Source: Dehalococcoidia bacterium (GTDB lineage: Bacteria; Chloroflexota; Dehalococcoidia; UBA2979). Taken from it: DNA of 64,000 nt. The notes under the pieces are model-generated. The model searched no databases and was not told where the DNA came from. It worked only from the letters and a program-made list of their open reading frames with translations. Of this stretch, positions 1 through 12,663 are shown in pieces (the first letter of the stretch is position 1; each line of letters begins with the position of its first letter). Position numbers and translations under genes: made by a program. The stretch lies in contig OZ219872.1 in assembly GCA_964291495.2 (NCBI GenBank), forward strand, positions 1-64,000, given 5' to 3'.

Positions 1-863
1 GCCACCACGTTGTCGAGGGTGAGCAGCTTGGGCGTGACCAGCGGCTCGTGCTCGTAGACGTCGAGCCCGGCGCCCGCGATCTTGCCGGCTTCGAGCAGAC
101 GCACCAGGGCCGCCTCGTCGATGGCATGGCCGCGCGATGTGTTAATGACATAGGCTTGCGGTCGCAGCAGGCCGAGCCGCCGGGCCGAGAGCAGGTGATA
201 GGTCGCCGGCGTGCTTGGGCAATGGATCGAGACGAAGTCCATATGCGCCAGCATCTGGTCCAGGCTCTGCCACCACGTCGCCTCGAGCTCGGCTTCGGTC
301 TCGTCGTCGAGGCGGTTGCGGTTGTGGTAGTGGATGGAGAGGCCGAAGCCCCGCGCCCTGCGGGCGACCGCCTGGCCGATTCGCCCCATGCCGATGATGC
401 CGAGGCGCTTGCCCCAGATCCGGTGGCCCAGCATGGTGGTCGGCGCCCAGCCCTGCCAGTCGCCGCCCCTGAGCAGCCGCTCGCCCTCGGAGAGCCGGCG
501 CGGCACCGCGAGGATCAGCGCCATGGTCATGTCCGCCGTGTCCTCGGTCAGCACGCCCGGCGTGTTGGTCACCAGGATGCCGCGCTCCTTGGCCGCGGCG
601 AGGTCGATGTGATCGACGCCGGTGCCGAAGCTCGCGATCAGCTTGAGGTCCGCGCCGGCATGGCTCATGAGGTCGCCGTCGATGGTGTCCGTCACCGTCG
701 GCACCAGCACGTCCGCCTCGGCCATGGCCAGCGCCAGGGCTTCGCGATCGAGCGGCCGATCATCCTCGTTGAGTCGGGTGTCGAAAAGCTCCATCATGCG
801 CGCCTCGATCTCCCTGGGGAGACGCCGCGTCACGATCACCTTGAGCTTTCTGCCAGGCCTCAT
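1..863 (-). CDS. D-isomer-specific 2-hydroxyacid dehydrogenase (glyoxylate/hydroxypyruvate reductase-like), runs off the left edge
   Basis: Manual minus-strand translation from ATG at 863: MRPGRKLKVIVTRRLP...NTPGVLTEDTAD...GIIGMGRIG (Rossmann)...INTSRG...AGLDVYEHEP. Not in the ORF track because there is no stop inside the window. Confidence 0.9.
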   Translation of the reverse strand, partial: MRPGRKLKVIVTRRLPREIEARMMELFDTRLNEDDRPLDREALALAMAEADVLVPTVTDTIDGDLMSHAGADLKLIASFGTGVDHIDLAAAKERGILVTNTPGVLTEDTADMTMALILAVPRRLSEGERLLRGGDWQGWAPTTMLGHRIWGKRLGIIGMGRIGQAVARRARGFGLSIHYHNRNRLDDETEAELEATWWQSLDQMLAHMDFVSIHCPSTPATYHLLSARRLGLLRPQAYVINTSRGHAIDEAALVRLLEAGKIAGAGLDVYEHEPLVTPKLLTLDNVV

Positions 864-930
864 CGACCCTCCGCGCGCGGCTCGGCGGGCTCGATCCGAC
901 CGCAATCGCAGCTTGTTTAGCAAACGCCCC

Positions 931-1533
931 ATGGCGACTCAAACCGCCGCGCGGGTTTCGACGCCCGCCATGAGAGCTCATCGAAGCCGCCGGCGCGGTG
1001 CTTCGCCGCTCGCGCATGGCCTGCGCGCGGCGCTCTGCGGCCTTGCGGCCGTGCGTGCGGCTGCCCTTTCTGCGCTGCTGGCGGCTCTCGTCGCCACGTT
1101 GTGGGCGGCTTTGCCGCCTGCGGCGGAGGCCCAGGAGGGCGCGCGTTTTGTCTCGCTCAAGGCGGAGCGCGCCAACCTCCGGGTCGGCCCCGGTCGGCGC
1201 TATCCCATCGACTGGGTCTACACCCGCCCCGGCCTGCCGCTGCTGGTGATCGCGCAGTTCGATCAATGGCGCTGGGTGCTCGACCATGAGGGCACCAAGG
1301 GCTGGATGCACAAGTCGCTGCTGTCCACCCACCGCACGGTCGTCATCATGGAAGGCGTGCAGACCATCCGCGAGCGCCCGCTGACCGGCTCGCCGGCAGT
1401 GCTCCGGGCCGAAGCCGGGGTCGTCGCCGATCTGCTCGACTGCGAGGACGGCTGGTGCCGGATCGCGCTCGCCGGCAAGAAGGGATGGGTGCTCGAGAAC
1501 GCCCTCTGGGGCGTCAGGCCGCCCGTGCCCTGA
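931..1533 (+). CDS. Bacterial SH3-domain protein, secreted, alphaproteobacterial type
   Basis: Hydrophobic signal-like segment, then RFVSLK..ANLRVGPG..YPI.WVY..PGLP, GWMHKSLLS and C.DGWC...GWV....LWGV. Start uncertain (931 or 970). Confidence 0.8.
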   Translation: MATQTAARVSTPAMRAHRSRRRGASPLAHGLRAALCGLAAVRAAALSALLAALVATLWAALPPAAEAQEGARFVSLKAERANLRVGPGRRYPIDWVYTRPGLPLLVIAQFDQWRWVLDHEGTKGWMHKSLLSTHRTVVIMEGVQTIRERPLTGSPAVLRAEAGVVADLLDCEDGWCRIALAGKKGWVLENALWGVRPPVP

Positions 1534-1933
1534 CCCGACTCTCTCGCCAGGGACGCAGTCTTCGTCCCGCCTGAGTGCCGCGCGTCGAGCGCAATCCAGT
1601 CGCGCCCCCCATGGCTGCAACATCCGGCGAGACGAGCACTGCATGTTTTGGCGGGATTGACCGGGATAAGTGGAATTAAGCGGGATGAGTGGGATTCCCC
1701 GACGCCCGTGCCTGGAGGGTCGCGGGTGCATGCACGAGGCTGCGTTCACGGACCCGCCTCGCCTCCTTACCAATTCCCGAGCCCCACGCGATGCTGAGCC
1801 GGTGCCCACGGTCTCCGCCGCGGTTATTGTCTCACGCTGCCATGGGGCGATCCTGACGCATGCGCTCCGCCCGGTGCACCGCAGGTCCGGGCAAACGGGT
1901 GACGCGGAGCGTCAGAGCGGCCCCAAATAGGGA

Positions 1934-4534
1934 TTACGCCGCGCTGGCGAGCGCGTCGCTGTCGTGGCCGTCGATGACCAGGCCGTCCGCGCCGGCTGAG
2001 ACACGCACCGTCTCGCCGTCGCCGAGCCGGCCGGCGACGATCAGCTGCGCGAGGGGGTTCTGCAGGCTGCGCTGGATGACGCGCTTCAGCGGCCGCGCTC
2101 CGTAGGCCGAATCGTAGCCGGCTTCGCCGAGCCAGGCACGCGCCGCATCGTCGAGCTCCAGCACGATCTTGCGCTCGCTCAGCCTGCGGGCGAGGTGGCC
2201 GATCTGGATATCCACGATGGCCCCCATGTGCGCGCGGCCCAGGCGGTGGAACAGGATGATCTCGTCCAGCCGGTTGAGGAACTCGGGCCGGAAGTGCGCC
2301 CGCATCAGCTCCATCACCGGCTCGCGCACCGCGCTCGATTCCTCCCCCTCCGGCTGCGCCGCCATGATCTCGCCGCCCAGGTTGGAGGTCATGATGATCA
2401 CGGTGTTGCGGAAGTCGACCGTGCGCCCGTGCCCGTCGGTGAGGCGCCCGTCGTCGAGCACCTGAAGCAGCAGGTTGAAGACGTCGCCGTGGGCCTTCTC
2501 GATCTCGTCGAAGAGGATCACCTGGTAGGGCCGGCGACGCACGGCCTCGGTGAGCGCGCCGCCCTCGTCGTAGCCGACATAGCCGGGCGGAGCGCCGATC
2601 AGGCGGGCGACGGCGTGCTTCTCCATGTACTCCGACATGTCGATGCGGATCATCGCCGCCTCGTCGTCGAAGAGGAACGCGGCCAGTGTCTTCACCAGCT
2701 CGGTCTTGCCCACCCCGGTGGGGCCGAGGAAGAGGAACGAGCCGGTTGGGCGGTCCGCGTCTTGCAGGCCGGCGCGGGCGCGGCGCACAGCATTGCTGAC
2801 GGCGACCACCGCCTCCTCCTGCCCCACCACACGCTCACGCAGTGAGCGCTCCATGTGGAGCAGCTTCTCGCGCTCGCCCTCCAGCATCTTGTCCACCGGG
2901 ATGCCGGTCCAGCGCGAGACCACGCCCGCGATGTGGGAGGGCTTCACTGCCTCGTCGAGGAGCGGCTCGTGCGTGGCGGCCTCCAGGGCGCCAAGCTCTC
3001 TCTCGAGCTCGGGAATGACCCCGTAGGCAAGCTCGCCCGCGCGCGCCAAGTCGCCATTCCGCTGCGCGACCTCGAGCGCGCTCCGGGCGCCATCGAGCTT
3101 CTCCTTGATCCGTTGTCCGCCCGAGAGCCGCTCCTTCTCGGCAAGCCAGACCGCGGTCTGGTCGGCCGAGCGCTTCTCCAGCGAGGCAAGCTCCTCGCCG
3201 AGCGCTTCGAGCCGGTCGCGCGAGCGCTCGTCCGTCTCCTTCTTGAGCGCCTCCCGCTCGATCTTGAGCTGGATGATGCGCCGGTCGAGCTCGTCGAGCT
3301 CCTCGGGCTTGGAATCGATCTCCATCCTCAGCCGGCTCGCCGCCTCGTCGACCAGGTCGATCGCCTTGTCGGGCAGGAAGCGATCGGTGATGTAGCGGTT
3401 GGAGAGCGTGGCCGCCGCGACGATGGCGTTGTCGGTGATGGCGACGCCGTGATGGACCTCGTACTTCTCCTTGAGCCCGCGCAGGATGGAGACCGTGTCC
3501 TCGACGGATGGCTCGGACACATAGACGGGCTGGAAGCGCCGCGCCAGCGCCGCGTCCTTCTCCACGTGCTTGCGGTACTCGTCCAGGGTGGTCGCGCCGA
3601 CGCAGTGCAGCTCCCCCCGGGCCAGCGCGGGCTTGAGCAGGTTGGAGGCATCCATCGCCCCTTCGGCCGCGCCGGCACCCACCAGCGTGTGCAGCTCGTC
3701 GATGAACATCACGACCTCGCCGGCCGCCGCATTCACCTCGGTCAGCACCGCCTTCAGGCGCTCCTCGAACTCGCCGCGGAACTTGGCCCCGGCCACCATG
3801 GCGCCGAGATCGAGCGCGAGCAGCCGCTTGTCCCTGAGCGATTCGGGCACGTCGCCGTTGACGATCCGCTGGGCGAGGCCTTCGACGATCGCCGTCTTGC
3901 CGACTCCGGGCTCGCCGATGATGACCGGGTTGTTCTTCGTGCGCCGCGAGAGCACCTGCATGATGCGGCGGATTTCCTCGTCCCGGCCGATGACCGGGTC
4001 GACCGTGCCGCCGCGCGCCGCCTCGGTCAGGTCGCGCGCATACTTCTTGAGCGCGTCGTAGCCCGATTCGGCGGAGGCGCTGTCCGCCGTTCTCCCCTTG
4101 CGCAGGTCGTTGATGGCGGCATTCAGCGTCTGCGGGCTGACGCCGGCATCGCCCAGGATGCGCGCGGCGCGCGTGCCCTTGGCGAGCGCCAGCGCGAGCA
4201 GCAGGCGCTCGGCGGTGACGTAGCTGTCTCCGGCCTTCTTCGCGATGTCGAGGGCGGAATCGAAGAGCCGCGCGGTCTCGGGCGCGAGGTAGATCTGGCC
4301 GGCGCCATCGCCTTCGACCCTGGGCAGCGCGTCGAGCGCAGCCTCGGTCTTCTCCAGCGCCTCTTCCGGCCGCCCGCCGGCACGGAGCAGGTTGGCGGCG
4401 AGGCCCTCCGCGTCATCGAGCAGGACCTTGAGCAGATGCTCCGGCGCGAAGCGCTGGTGGCCCCGGCTTGCCGCAAGCCCCTGGGCCGCCTGCACGAACC
4501 CGCGCGAACGCTCGGTAAACTTGTCGAATTCCAT
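1934..4534 (-). CDS. clpB: ATP-dependent chaperone ClpB
   Basis: 866 aa; Walker A motifs GEPGVGKT and [19 protein letters not shown], middle coiled-coil domain, GARPLKR. Confidence 0.97.
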   Translation of the reverse strand: MEFDKFTERSRGFVQAAQGLAASRGHQRFAPEHLLKVLLDDAEGLAANLLRAGGRPEEALEKTEAALDALPRVEGDGAGQIYLAPETARLFDSALDIAKKAGDSYVTAERLLLALALAKGTRAARILGDAGVSPQTLNAAINDLRKGRTADSASAESGYDALKKYARDLTEAARGGTVDPVIGRDEEIRRIMQVLSRRTKNNPVIIGEPGVGKTAIVEGLAQRIVNGDVPESLRDKRLLALDLGAMVAGAKFRGEFEERLKAVLTEVNAAAGEVVMFIDELHTLVGAGAAEGAMDASNLLKPALARGELHCVGATTLDEYRKHVEKDAALARRFQPVYVSEPSVEDTVSILRGLKEKYEVHHGVAITDNAIVAAATLSNRYITDRFLPDKAIDLVDEAASRLRMEIDSKPEELDELDRRIIQLKIEREALKKETDERSRDRLEALGEELASLEKRSADQTAVWLAEKERLSGGQRIKEKLDGARSALEVAQRNGDLARAGELAYGVIPELERELGALEAATHEPLLDEAVKPSHIAGVVSRWTGIPVDKMLEGEREKLLHMERSLRERVVGQEEAVVAVSNAVRRARAGLQDADRPTGSFLFLGPTGVGKTELVKTLAAFLFDDEAAMIRIDMSEYMEKHAVARLIGAPPGYVGYDEGGALTEAVRRRPYQVILFDEIEKAHGDVFNLLLQVLDDGRLTDGHGRTVDFRNTVIIMTSNLGGEIMAAQPEGEESSAVREPVMELMRAHFRPEFLNRLDEIILFHRLGRAHMGAIVDIQIGHLARRLSERKIVLELDDAARAWLGEAGYDSAYGARPLKRVIQRSLQNPLAQLIVAGRLGDGETVRVSAGADGLVIDGHDSDALASAA

Positions 4535-4642
4535 GTGTCATCCCTCGTTGGCCATCCGCTGACGAGAGCCGAAAGCGGTCGCACTCTCATGACCTCAGGC
4601 GAGGCCCGCAGCCGGATGCCGGGTCGCTTGGCAACCGTTCAG

Positions 4643-4672
4643 TATATTGGGGTCGGGCAGCGCCGCGGCAAG
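4643..4672 (-). promoter_or_regulatory. Putative RpoH (sigma32) promoter of clpB
   Basis: Minus strand reads CTTGCC-N14-CCCCAATATA about 110 bp upstream of clpB, resembling the heat-shock sigma consensus. Confidence 0.55.
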
Positions 4673-4838
4673 GGCGTGCGGCCTTCGCGTCCCTCACCCG
4701 CCGTGCGGGCAGCAACTGCCGTCAATGGCGGGGGCGACGACGGGGCGGACTGCAGGCGTCAACAGCTCTCTCGAAGAGCGGCAGCAGGGAGAAACGGAGA
4801 GAACGCGAGCGGGATCGGGCCGGGCTAAGACAGCCCGG

Positions 4839-5294
4839 TCATGAAGCCTGGGGCGCGTGCTCCTCGGCCGCGTCTGCCGCCGGCGCTTCGTCAGCCTGCG
4901 TCGCCTGAGCCTTGGGATTGGCTGCGGGCTCTTGCTCACCATTCGGCCTTTGCTCGGGCTCGACCCGCTGTTGGGGCTGAGGCTGTTGGGGCTGAGGAGG
5001 CTGCTGCTGAGACTGCTGACTGTGCGGGCGCTGCCCCCGCTGGTCCCAGCCATTGGCGGCGACCACGCGATAGTAATGTTCGGCGTGCTGGAAGTAGTTT
5101 TCTGCGCCGATTCGGTCCCCGGCCGAGAGCGCGTCCTGCGCCAGCGCCTGGTATTTCTCTATGACCTGGAACGCGGTTCCGCGGATCTTTCCTTCGGGGC
5201 CGTTGCTCTCGAAGGTCGAGCCGCGCCCGTGAAAACCGGGGCGCCTGCCGTTGCCTCTATACCCGCGCGGGCGCTTGTTATTCGGACCTTTCAT
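4839..5294 (-). CDS. DUF4167 domain protein
   Basis: FESNGPEGKIRGTAFQVIEKYQALAQDA...GDRIGAENYFQHAEHYYR; this gene typically lies between prmC and clpB in Alphaproteobacteria. Confidence 0.9.
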   Translation of the reverse strand: MKGPNNKRPRGYRGNGRRPGFHGRGSTFESNGPEGKIRGTAFQVIEKYQALAQDALSAGDRIGAENYFQHAEHYYRVVAANGWDQRGQRPHSQQSQQQPPQPQQPQPQQRVEPEQRPNGEQEPAANPKAQATQADEAPAADAAEEHAPQAS

Positions 5295-5511
5295 ACCAAT
5301 CGCCTTCCCACCTGATCGGCGTCCACAAGCCGCGCTCCGACTGCGTTGCATCCGGGCACGCTTGCCAGCTTCTTTCGCTGAGGAACTCTGCGAGACCGTC
5401 CATCCGGTCAAGGATCGCGAGTCCCGCGAACCCTAACCATCATCGCGCAGTTTGCAACCTCTTTTTTTGCAAGCCGGCATCTTGCGCCGAAAGGAAAACT
5501 CTGTCTTGGAA

Positions 5512-6383
5512 TCAGAACCCGGCGTCGGTGTCGCGGGCGAACATTGCGCAGCGCTCGATCCCGGATAGGTCGGAGCGACGGCCGATCTCTACCAGTCCGG
5601 CCGCGGTAAACAGCGACTCGACTTTATCCGCCATCCCCGCGCCAAGCTCGATTGCGGCCAGTCCTCTTGGCGCCAAGAGTCGCGTAATTTGCGGCGCGAG
5701 TCGCCGGTAGCATTCATACCCGTCCGTCCCGCCGGCAAGCGCCGTCTGCGGCTCGTGACGGGCGATCTCCGGCGCGAGCGATGCCAGCGCAGGCGCCGCC
5801 ACGTAGGGCGGATTGCTCACCACGACATCGAAGCGAGCGGCAAGCGGTGCACCCCAGTCGGCGGCGGCGAAGGAGGCCCGCTCGCCGAGCCCGTGGCGCC
5901 GCGCGTTGGCCCGTGCCAGCGAGACGGCGGCAGCACTGATATCGATTCCGAGGCCGCCCGCGCCGGGAAGTTCCTTGAGGAGCGCGACCAGCAGGCAGCC
6001 CGTGCCCGTGCCGAGATCCAGCAGCCGCGGACGCGCGGGGAGGCGCGGGGCCTGCGCCAGCACCGCCTCGACCAGGGTCTCGCTCTCCGGCCGCGGCACC
6101 AGCGCGGACCGGTCGACGGCGAACGCCAAGCTCCAGAACTCGCGCCCGCCGGTGACATAGGCGATGGGCTCGCGCGCCGCGCGCCGTTGGACGAGTGCCG
6201 TCAGCCGCTGGGTCTCGTCCTCGCCGAGCGGCAGGCGGTCGCCTGCGAGCAATGCCTCGGGCGAAAGCCCCAGCGCATGCTGCATAAGCAGGCGGGCATC
6301 GCGACGCGGCGCATCGATGCCAGCCGCGCGCAGGTCTGCCGTTGCGGCGCCGAGCGCAGCCGCCCGACTCGTTGCAGTGCCGC

Positions 6384-6387
<4 letters not shown>
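5512..6387 (-). CDS. prmC: Release factor glutamine methyltransferase
   Basis: [21 protein letters not shown] and SNPPY motifs; directly downstream of prfA. Confidence 0.95.
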
Positions 6388-7468
<1,081 letters not shown>

Positions 7469-7472
<4 letters not shown>

Positions 7473-8733
7473 CGGCCGGGCGCGTAGCGGGCGAGATGCG
7501 TGCCGAGCTCGGCCTCCGGTGCCTCGACCTGGGCGCCGCTGTCGAGATCGCGGACCGTCGCCACCCCGCGCTCCATCTCGTCGTCGCCCAGGATGACCGC
7601 CGCTGCGGCCCGCGCCTGATCGGCCCGCTTGAGCCGCTTCGAGAGCGAGCCGCGATAGGTCAGCTCCACCGCGAAGCCCTCGTGCCGAAGACGCTGGGCG
7701 AGCCCGAGCGCGGCGGCCTCGGCGCGCGGGCCGAGGGGCACGATGGCGATGGGCCGGGGCGCCGCCGCCACCTCGCCCACAACCTCTTCCACCAAGGCGG
7801 CTAACCGCTCGATCCCGCCGGCCCAGCCGACGCCGGGCGTCGGCGGCCCGCCCATGGTCTCCACCAGGCCGTCGTATCGCCCGCCGGCGAGCACGGCGCC
7901 CTGGGCGCCGAGCGCCTCGGTCGTGAACTCGAAAGCCGTGTGGCAGTAATAGTCGAGCCCGCGCACGAGACGAGGGTTGCGGGTGAATGCGATGCCGAGG
8001 CCGCTGAGCCCCTCGCAAACAGTGTCGAAGACTGCCGCAGCCTCGGGACTCAAGTGCGCGTCGATCGCAGGCGCGTCTGCCAGCACCGCCCGGTCGCCCT
8101 CGTCCTTGGAATCGAGGACGCGCAGCGGATTGCGCCGGAGCCGCTGCTTGCTTTCCTCCGACAGCGCGTGTTCGTTGGACTCGAGATGGGCGACGAGCGC
8201 CCCGCGGTAGGCGCTTCGGCTGGCATCGTCGGCAAGCGTGTTGATCTCCAGCGTGACCCGGTCGAGCACGCCCAGCGTCTCGAGCAGATGCGCGCCGAGC
8301 GCGATCACCTCGATGTCAGCGAGCGGCTCGGGAGCGCCGATCAGCTCGACGCCGATCTGGTGGAACTGGCGCAGCCGGCCCTTCTGCGGCCTCTCGTAGC
8401 GAAACATCGGCCCGGCGTAGAAGCACTTGAACGGCCGGCGCTCGCCCAGGGTGCCGCCGATCACCGCGCGCGCGACGCCCGCCGTGTTCTCGGGCCGGAG
8501 CGTGAGCTCCGACCCGCCGCGGTCGGTGAAGGTGTACATCTCCTTGTCACGATGTCCGAGGTGTCGCCCAGCGTGCGACGGAACACGTCGGCTGAACTCG
8601 AAGATCGGCGTCGCCACCTCGGCGAACCCGTAACGAGCGGCGAGCGTGCGAGCGTGCTCGATGACGTGGCGGTGGCGGCGCATCGCGTCGGCCGCGAGGT
8701 CGTGCGTTCCACGACCGGCTGAATTCTGCGCAC
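7469..8733 (-). CDS. hisS: Histidine--tRNA ligase (apparent indels near 8545-8590 and ~8712)
   Basis: [41 protein letters not shown] and GGRYDGL. The N-terminus (VRRIQPV-RGTHD; [15 protein letters not shown]) is split over frames; since the gene is essential these are probably sequence errors. Confidence 0.9.
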
Positions 8734-8833
8734 TGTCCGGGTTCCCGTACGGTGCCGGCGCCTCGGCCGGCGTGACGGCGGGTTTAGTGACTCGTTTCGA
8801 TGTCTCGGCAGCGGCGGCTGCAGCCGCGCGCGC

Positions 8834-10387
8834 CTAGCCACCGGTGGCGGTGCCGGCCAGGAGACGGTCCGGGTCAAGCGCGATGTTTCTCATGACCACG
8901 CCGAGCGGGCCGAGCGAAGGAGCAGGAGCGTCAGCGACCCTGATCTCGAGGCCGCCGGCGTTGCCGGTCACCATGACGATGCCGGGCCGGTCGGGCACGC
9001 GGTAGGTATCGCCCGGATGGAGGATCCGCGTCAGCAGGAGCTCGTTGTCCGGGCCCTGGACCTGAACCCAGCTGTCGTCCACCGCCGTGATGACTACGCG
9101 GGCATCGAGGTTGGTGCGCCCGTAGACCTTGGGAACGTAGGCGGCCTCCACAGGCAGCTCGGGCTCCGCCGCTGCCGGTGCCGAGACCGAGGCGGTCTGC
9201 TCCGGCTCCGGTCGGTCGTCGGCTCCGGCGCCGCGGCCGGCGTATCGCCAGCGGCGACCGCAAAACCGTGTCGGCGCTATCGGTGGACACCCCGGCCAGA
9301 GTCCCATCGACGTGGCCGCTTCCTCCCGGGGGCGCCGCTCGTCCCGCCCGTGGCGACGACCGCGAAGTCGAGCGGTGCCGCGATCGGCGGGCCTGATCGG
9401 GCGCTTCCCGCAGTCGCGACAGCCGGCTCGCTCGGCGCGTCCGCTACCGGGACGGGCTCGGGCACGGCAGGCGCCGCATCGGCCGTTGCAGGCGGCGGCT
9501 GGACCGCCGGCTCCTCGGCCTGCGATCCCTCAAGCGCTGCAACCTCCGTCGCCTCGTCCGGACCGGCCTCGTCCCAGACCTCCGCCGCCGGGACGAGGTC
9601 TGCCTCGGCGACATCCGTCGCCGCGGGCTCCGCCGGTGCCGGGTCTGCCGGCGCGGGTTCTTCCTGCCGTACCGCCGCCGGTGCGGGCTCGGGGGCGCGG
9701 GAGCCGCGTCGTCCTCGACGCCGCCGCGACAGGCGCGGCAACAGTCTCCACTGCAGACTCGGTAGTCGTTTCCGTGGCGGGCGCAGCATCGGCCGGAGCG
9801 GCAGCCGTAACGGCGGCCGTCTCACTGGTAACGGTCGCCTCCTCCCGGCGCGACGGTCTCGCCCATGCCCACGGCTTCGGTCAGCCGGGCCGAGACGTCG
9901 TCCACCAGATCCGTGGCTATCTGTCCTCCGGTCGATTGGTACTGCCAGCCGCCGTAGGCGAGGCCCGCCAGCACCAGGACGAGCAGAATGAGCCAGAACT
10001 TCGGCTTGGGGCTGGTATCGCTGGGCGAGGGGAAGGCAAGCCGCTGCTCACCCTTTTGGAGGCCCCGGTCGCGCTTGAAAGATTCGACGATTTCGTCCGG
10101 ATCGAGCCCGAGAAAGCCCGAGTAGCTGCGCAAGAATCCGATCGCGTAGGTGGTGCCGGGGATTTGGTCGAAGCGACCTTCCTCGAGCGCTTCGAGGTAA
10201 TGCTCTTGAATGCGCAGGACGTGGCGGCGTCCGAAATGCTGTATCCGCCCCTGGTTCGAGCTTCCCGTAGCTCTTCGCAGAAGCCCGGGAGGGCGTTGGG
10301 GTCTTCGGCGGCCCGTCTCGTGGACGAGTCGCGGCCCGGCCAGATCAGGCTCAGTTGCCTCGAACGGCACACCAGAGGTTCCTTCAT
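8834..10387 (-). CDS. rodZ: RodZ-like protein (HTH, TM, Pro/Ala/Glu linker, DUF4115), multiply frameshifted
   Basis: Fragments ELREAR..GYSI, LRIQEHYLEALEEGRFDQIPGTTYAIGFLRSY, TM FWLILLVLVLAGLAYGGW, and C-terminal DSWVQV...GNAGGLEI....LGP.G.V.RNI.LDP. Confidence 0.8.
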
Positions 10388-10667
10388 GACTCGCGTCCTG
10401 CAACCGCGAGCACGCACGCCTCCCTCTCAGCCGGCGTTGCGCGCTCAGGCACCCGCTTGTGACCTTACGATCCGCTCCGTCTTGTGTTCGCGTCACCGCC
10501 TCCACTTGCCAGTTATTTCCCCGGCTGGAAGAGACTGCGACTCGATCAGCCGTCCCCCGATGCTTACAGCTAGAACTATGATGTTATCATTGGCTGTCAT
10601 ACAGCGCAATCATAGACTTACGCACTGTAATGCGGTTGTCATGCGCTGGCGCTCAGCGGATCTTGCC

Positions 10668-11728
10668 TCAGTCGATTACCGTCGGCATCGCCCGCGGCAC
10701 CGCGTTCAAACTGAGTGCGATCGCATTCACTGACTGATCCACCAGTTCCGCCATAATCTCACTTGTCGATTGCTCCGATGTCACCATGCCGACGCTTTGC
10801 CCGGCCATGAGAGAGCCGTCCTCAACGTCGCCCTCGATCGCGGCCCGGCGCAGCGCGCCGGCCCAGAAATGCTCGATGGCAAGCCTCGCGGCACCGAGTT
10901 CCATCTCACCCTGGCGGTAGCGCGCGATGGTCTCCCGCTGGAAGGCCTCGAATCGTTCGGTTGCCCTGGTGGCGACGGCGCGCACCGGAATGACGGGAAA
11001 GTCCGGGTCCACCTGCACCGAGAGCCGCGCATCGCGGGCATTGGCGCGGATCATCGCCTGCTTGAAACGCGGATGGGCGATCGATTCCGTCGCACAGACG
11101 AAGCGGGTGCCCAGCTGGCAGCCAGCGGCGCCCATCGCCAGATAGAGTGCAACCGCATCGCCCCGCCCGATGCCGCCGCCGACGAAGACCGGCACCGCGT
11201 CGAAATGGGGCAGCACCTCCTGGGCGAGCACGTTGGTGGATACAGGCCCGATGTGCCCGCCCGCCTCCATGCCTTCGATAATCAGCGCGTCGATGCCCTG
11301 CTTGGCGAGCCTGCGGGCGAGCGGCAGGGTCGGGGCGAAGGCGACCACGCGGGTGCCGGCTTCCTTCAGGGTCTCGATGGTCCGCCTGGGCGGTATCCCG
11401 CCGGCCAGCACGACATGGCCGACCCGGCGCTCGATGCAGGTCGCAACCAGCGCATCGAGCTCCGGGTGCATGACGATGATGTTGACGCCGAAGGGCTTGT
11501 CGCAGCGCTCGTAGACGCCGTCGATCTCCGCCGCGAGCTGATCCGGGCGAGCGAGCCGCAGGCCACCACGCCGAAGCCGCCGGCGTTGGAGATGGCGGCC
11601 ACCAGGTTCCGCTCGGAGACCCACGACATTGCCCCGCCCATGATCGCGTAGCGGGTGCCGAGGAATGCCCGCCCCCGCGCCCAATAGGCGTCGAGCCGCC
11701 GGTGCGCGCACGTGCGCGAGTCAGTCAT
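10668..11728 (-). CDS. Nitronate monooxygenase / FabK-like flavin oxidoreductase (frameshift near 11550)
   Basis: AIMGGAMSWVSERNLVAAISNAGGFGV, EGMEAGGHIGPV, GGIGRG, QLGTRF and GSLMAGQSVG. Confidence 0.88.
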
Positions 11729-11761
11729 TGACTGCGCGCGGGATGGCGCCCGCATCAGGGC

Positions 11762-12663
11762 TCACTGGTCGTCCAGTCCGTAGGCCGCGTGAGGGCGCGC
11801 ACGGCGAGCTCGGTATAGTCCTCCGAGACCAGCACGCTGATCTTGATCTCCGAGGTCGAGATCACCTGGATGTTGATGCCCTTCTCGGCGAGCCGCCGCG
11901 AACATCGTCTGCGCCACCCCTGCGTGACTGCGCATGCCGACCCCGATCACCGAGACCTTGACCACGCCCTGGTCTGCCACCAGGCGATCGTAGGCGACGG
12001 CGCTCCTCACCTCCTCGAGGATGGCGATCGAGCGGTCGAGATCAGCCTCCGCAACCGTGAAGGTCATGTCCGTGGTGCCATCGGCGGAGATGTTCTGCAC
12101 GATCATATCGACATTGACGCTGCCGTCCGCCAACGGCCCGAAGATGCCCGCCGCGACGCCGGGCCGGTCGGCGACGCCCATCACCGTGATCTTGGCCTCG
12201 TCCCTGCTGTAGGCGATTCCGCTGACCCGCTCCTGTTCCACGATGTCGTCCTCATCGACCACGAATGTTCCGGGAATATTGGCGAAGCTGGAGGCGACCT
12301 GAAGCGGCACCTGGTGCTTCATCGCCATCTCGACGGCGCGAATCTGCAAGACCTTGGCGCCGAGCGAGGCGAGCTCCAGCATCTCCTCGTAAGTGATCTT
12401 AGTCAGCTTGCGCGCCGTCGCAACGACGCGCGGGTCGGCGGTGAAGACGCCCTCCACGTCGGTGGAAAATGTCGCAGCGGTCGGCGCCTAGCGCCGCGGC
12501 GAGGGCAACCGCCGAGGTGTCGGTGCCGCCCGGCCGAGCGTGGTGATCCGCCCGAGCGGACCCAGGCCCTGAAGCCCGCCACCACCGGCACCTCGCGGCG
12601 CTCGATGCGCCGGTGCAGCTCCTCCGTCTCGATCCCCTCGATCCGCGCGCGGCCGTGGGTGCC
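11762..12663 (-). CDS. lysC: Aspartate kinase, C-terminal ~two-thirds only (5' end lost at the junction; several indels)
   Basis: HGRARI..., [55 protein letters not shown] and ACT domains ([23 protein letters not shown]). Confidence 0.9.

Noticed and set aside
2855-4828. Long antisense or alternative-frame ORFs (also 25390-27498, 53921-56125, 57680-59584 and others)
   Set aside because: Shadow ORFs expected in high-GC DNA opposite well-supported genes; Arg/Gly/Ala-rich with no motifs.
10400-10667. AT-richer intergenic stretch as a possible sRNA or CtrA-box cluster
   Set aside because: No clear TTAA-N7-TTAA or recognisable RNA structure; most simply the rodZ promoter region.
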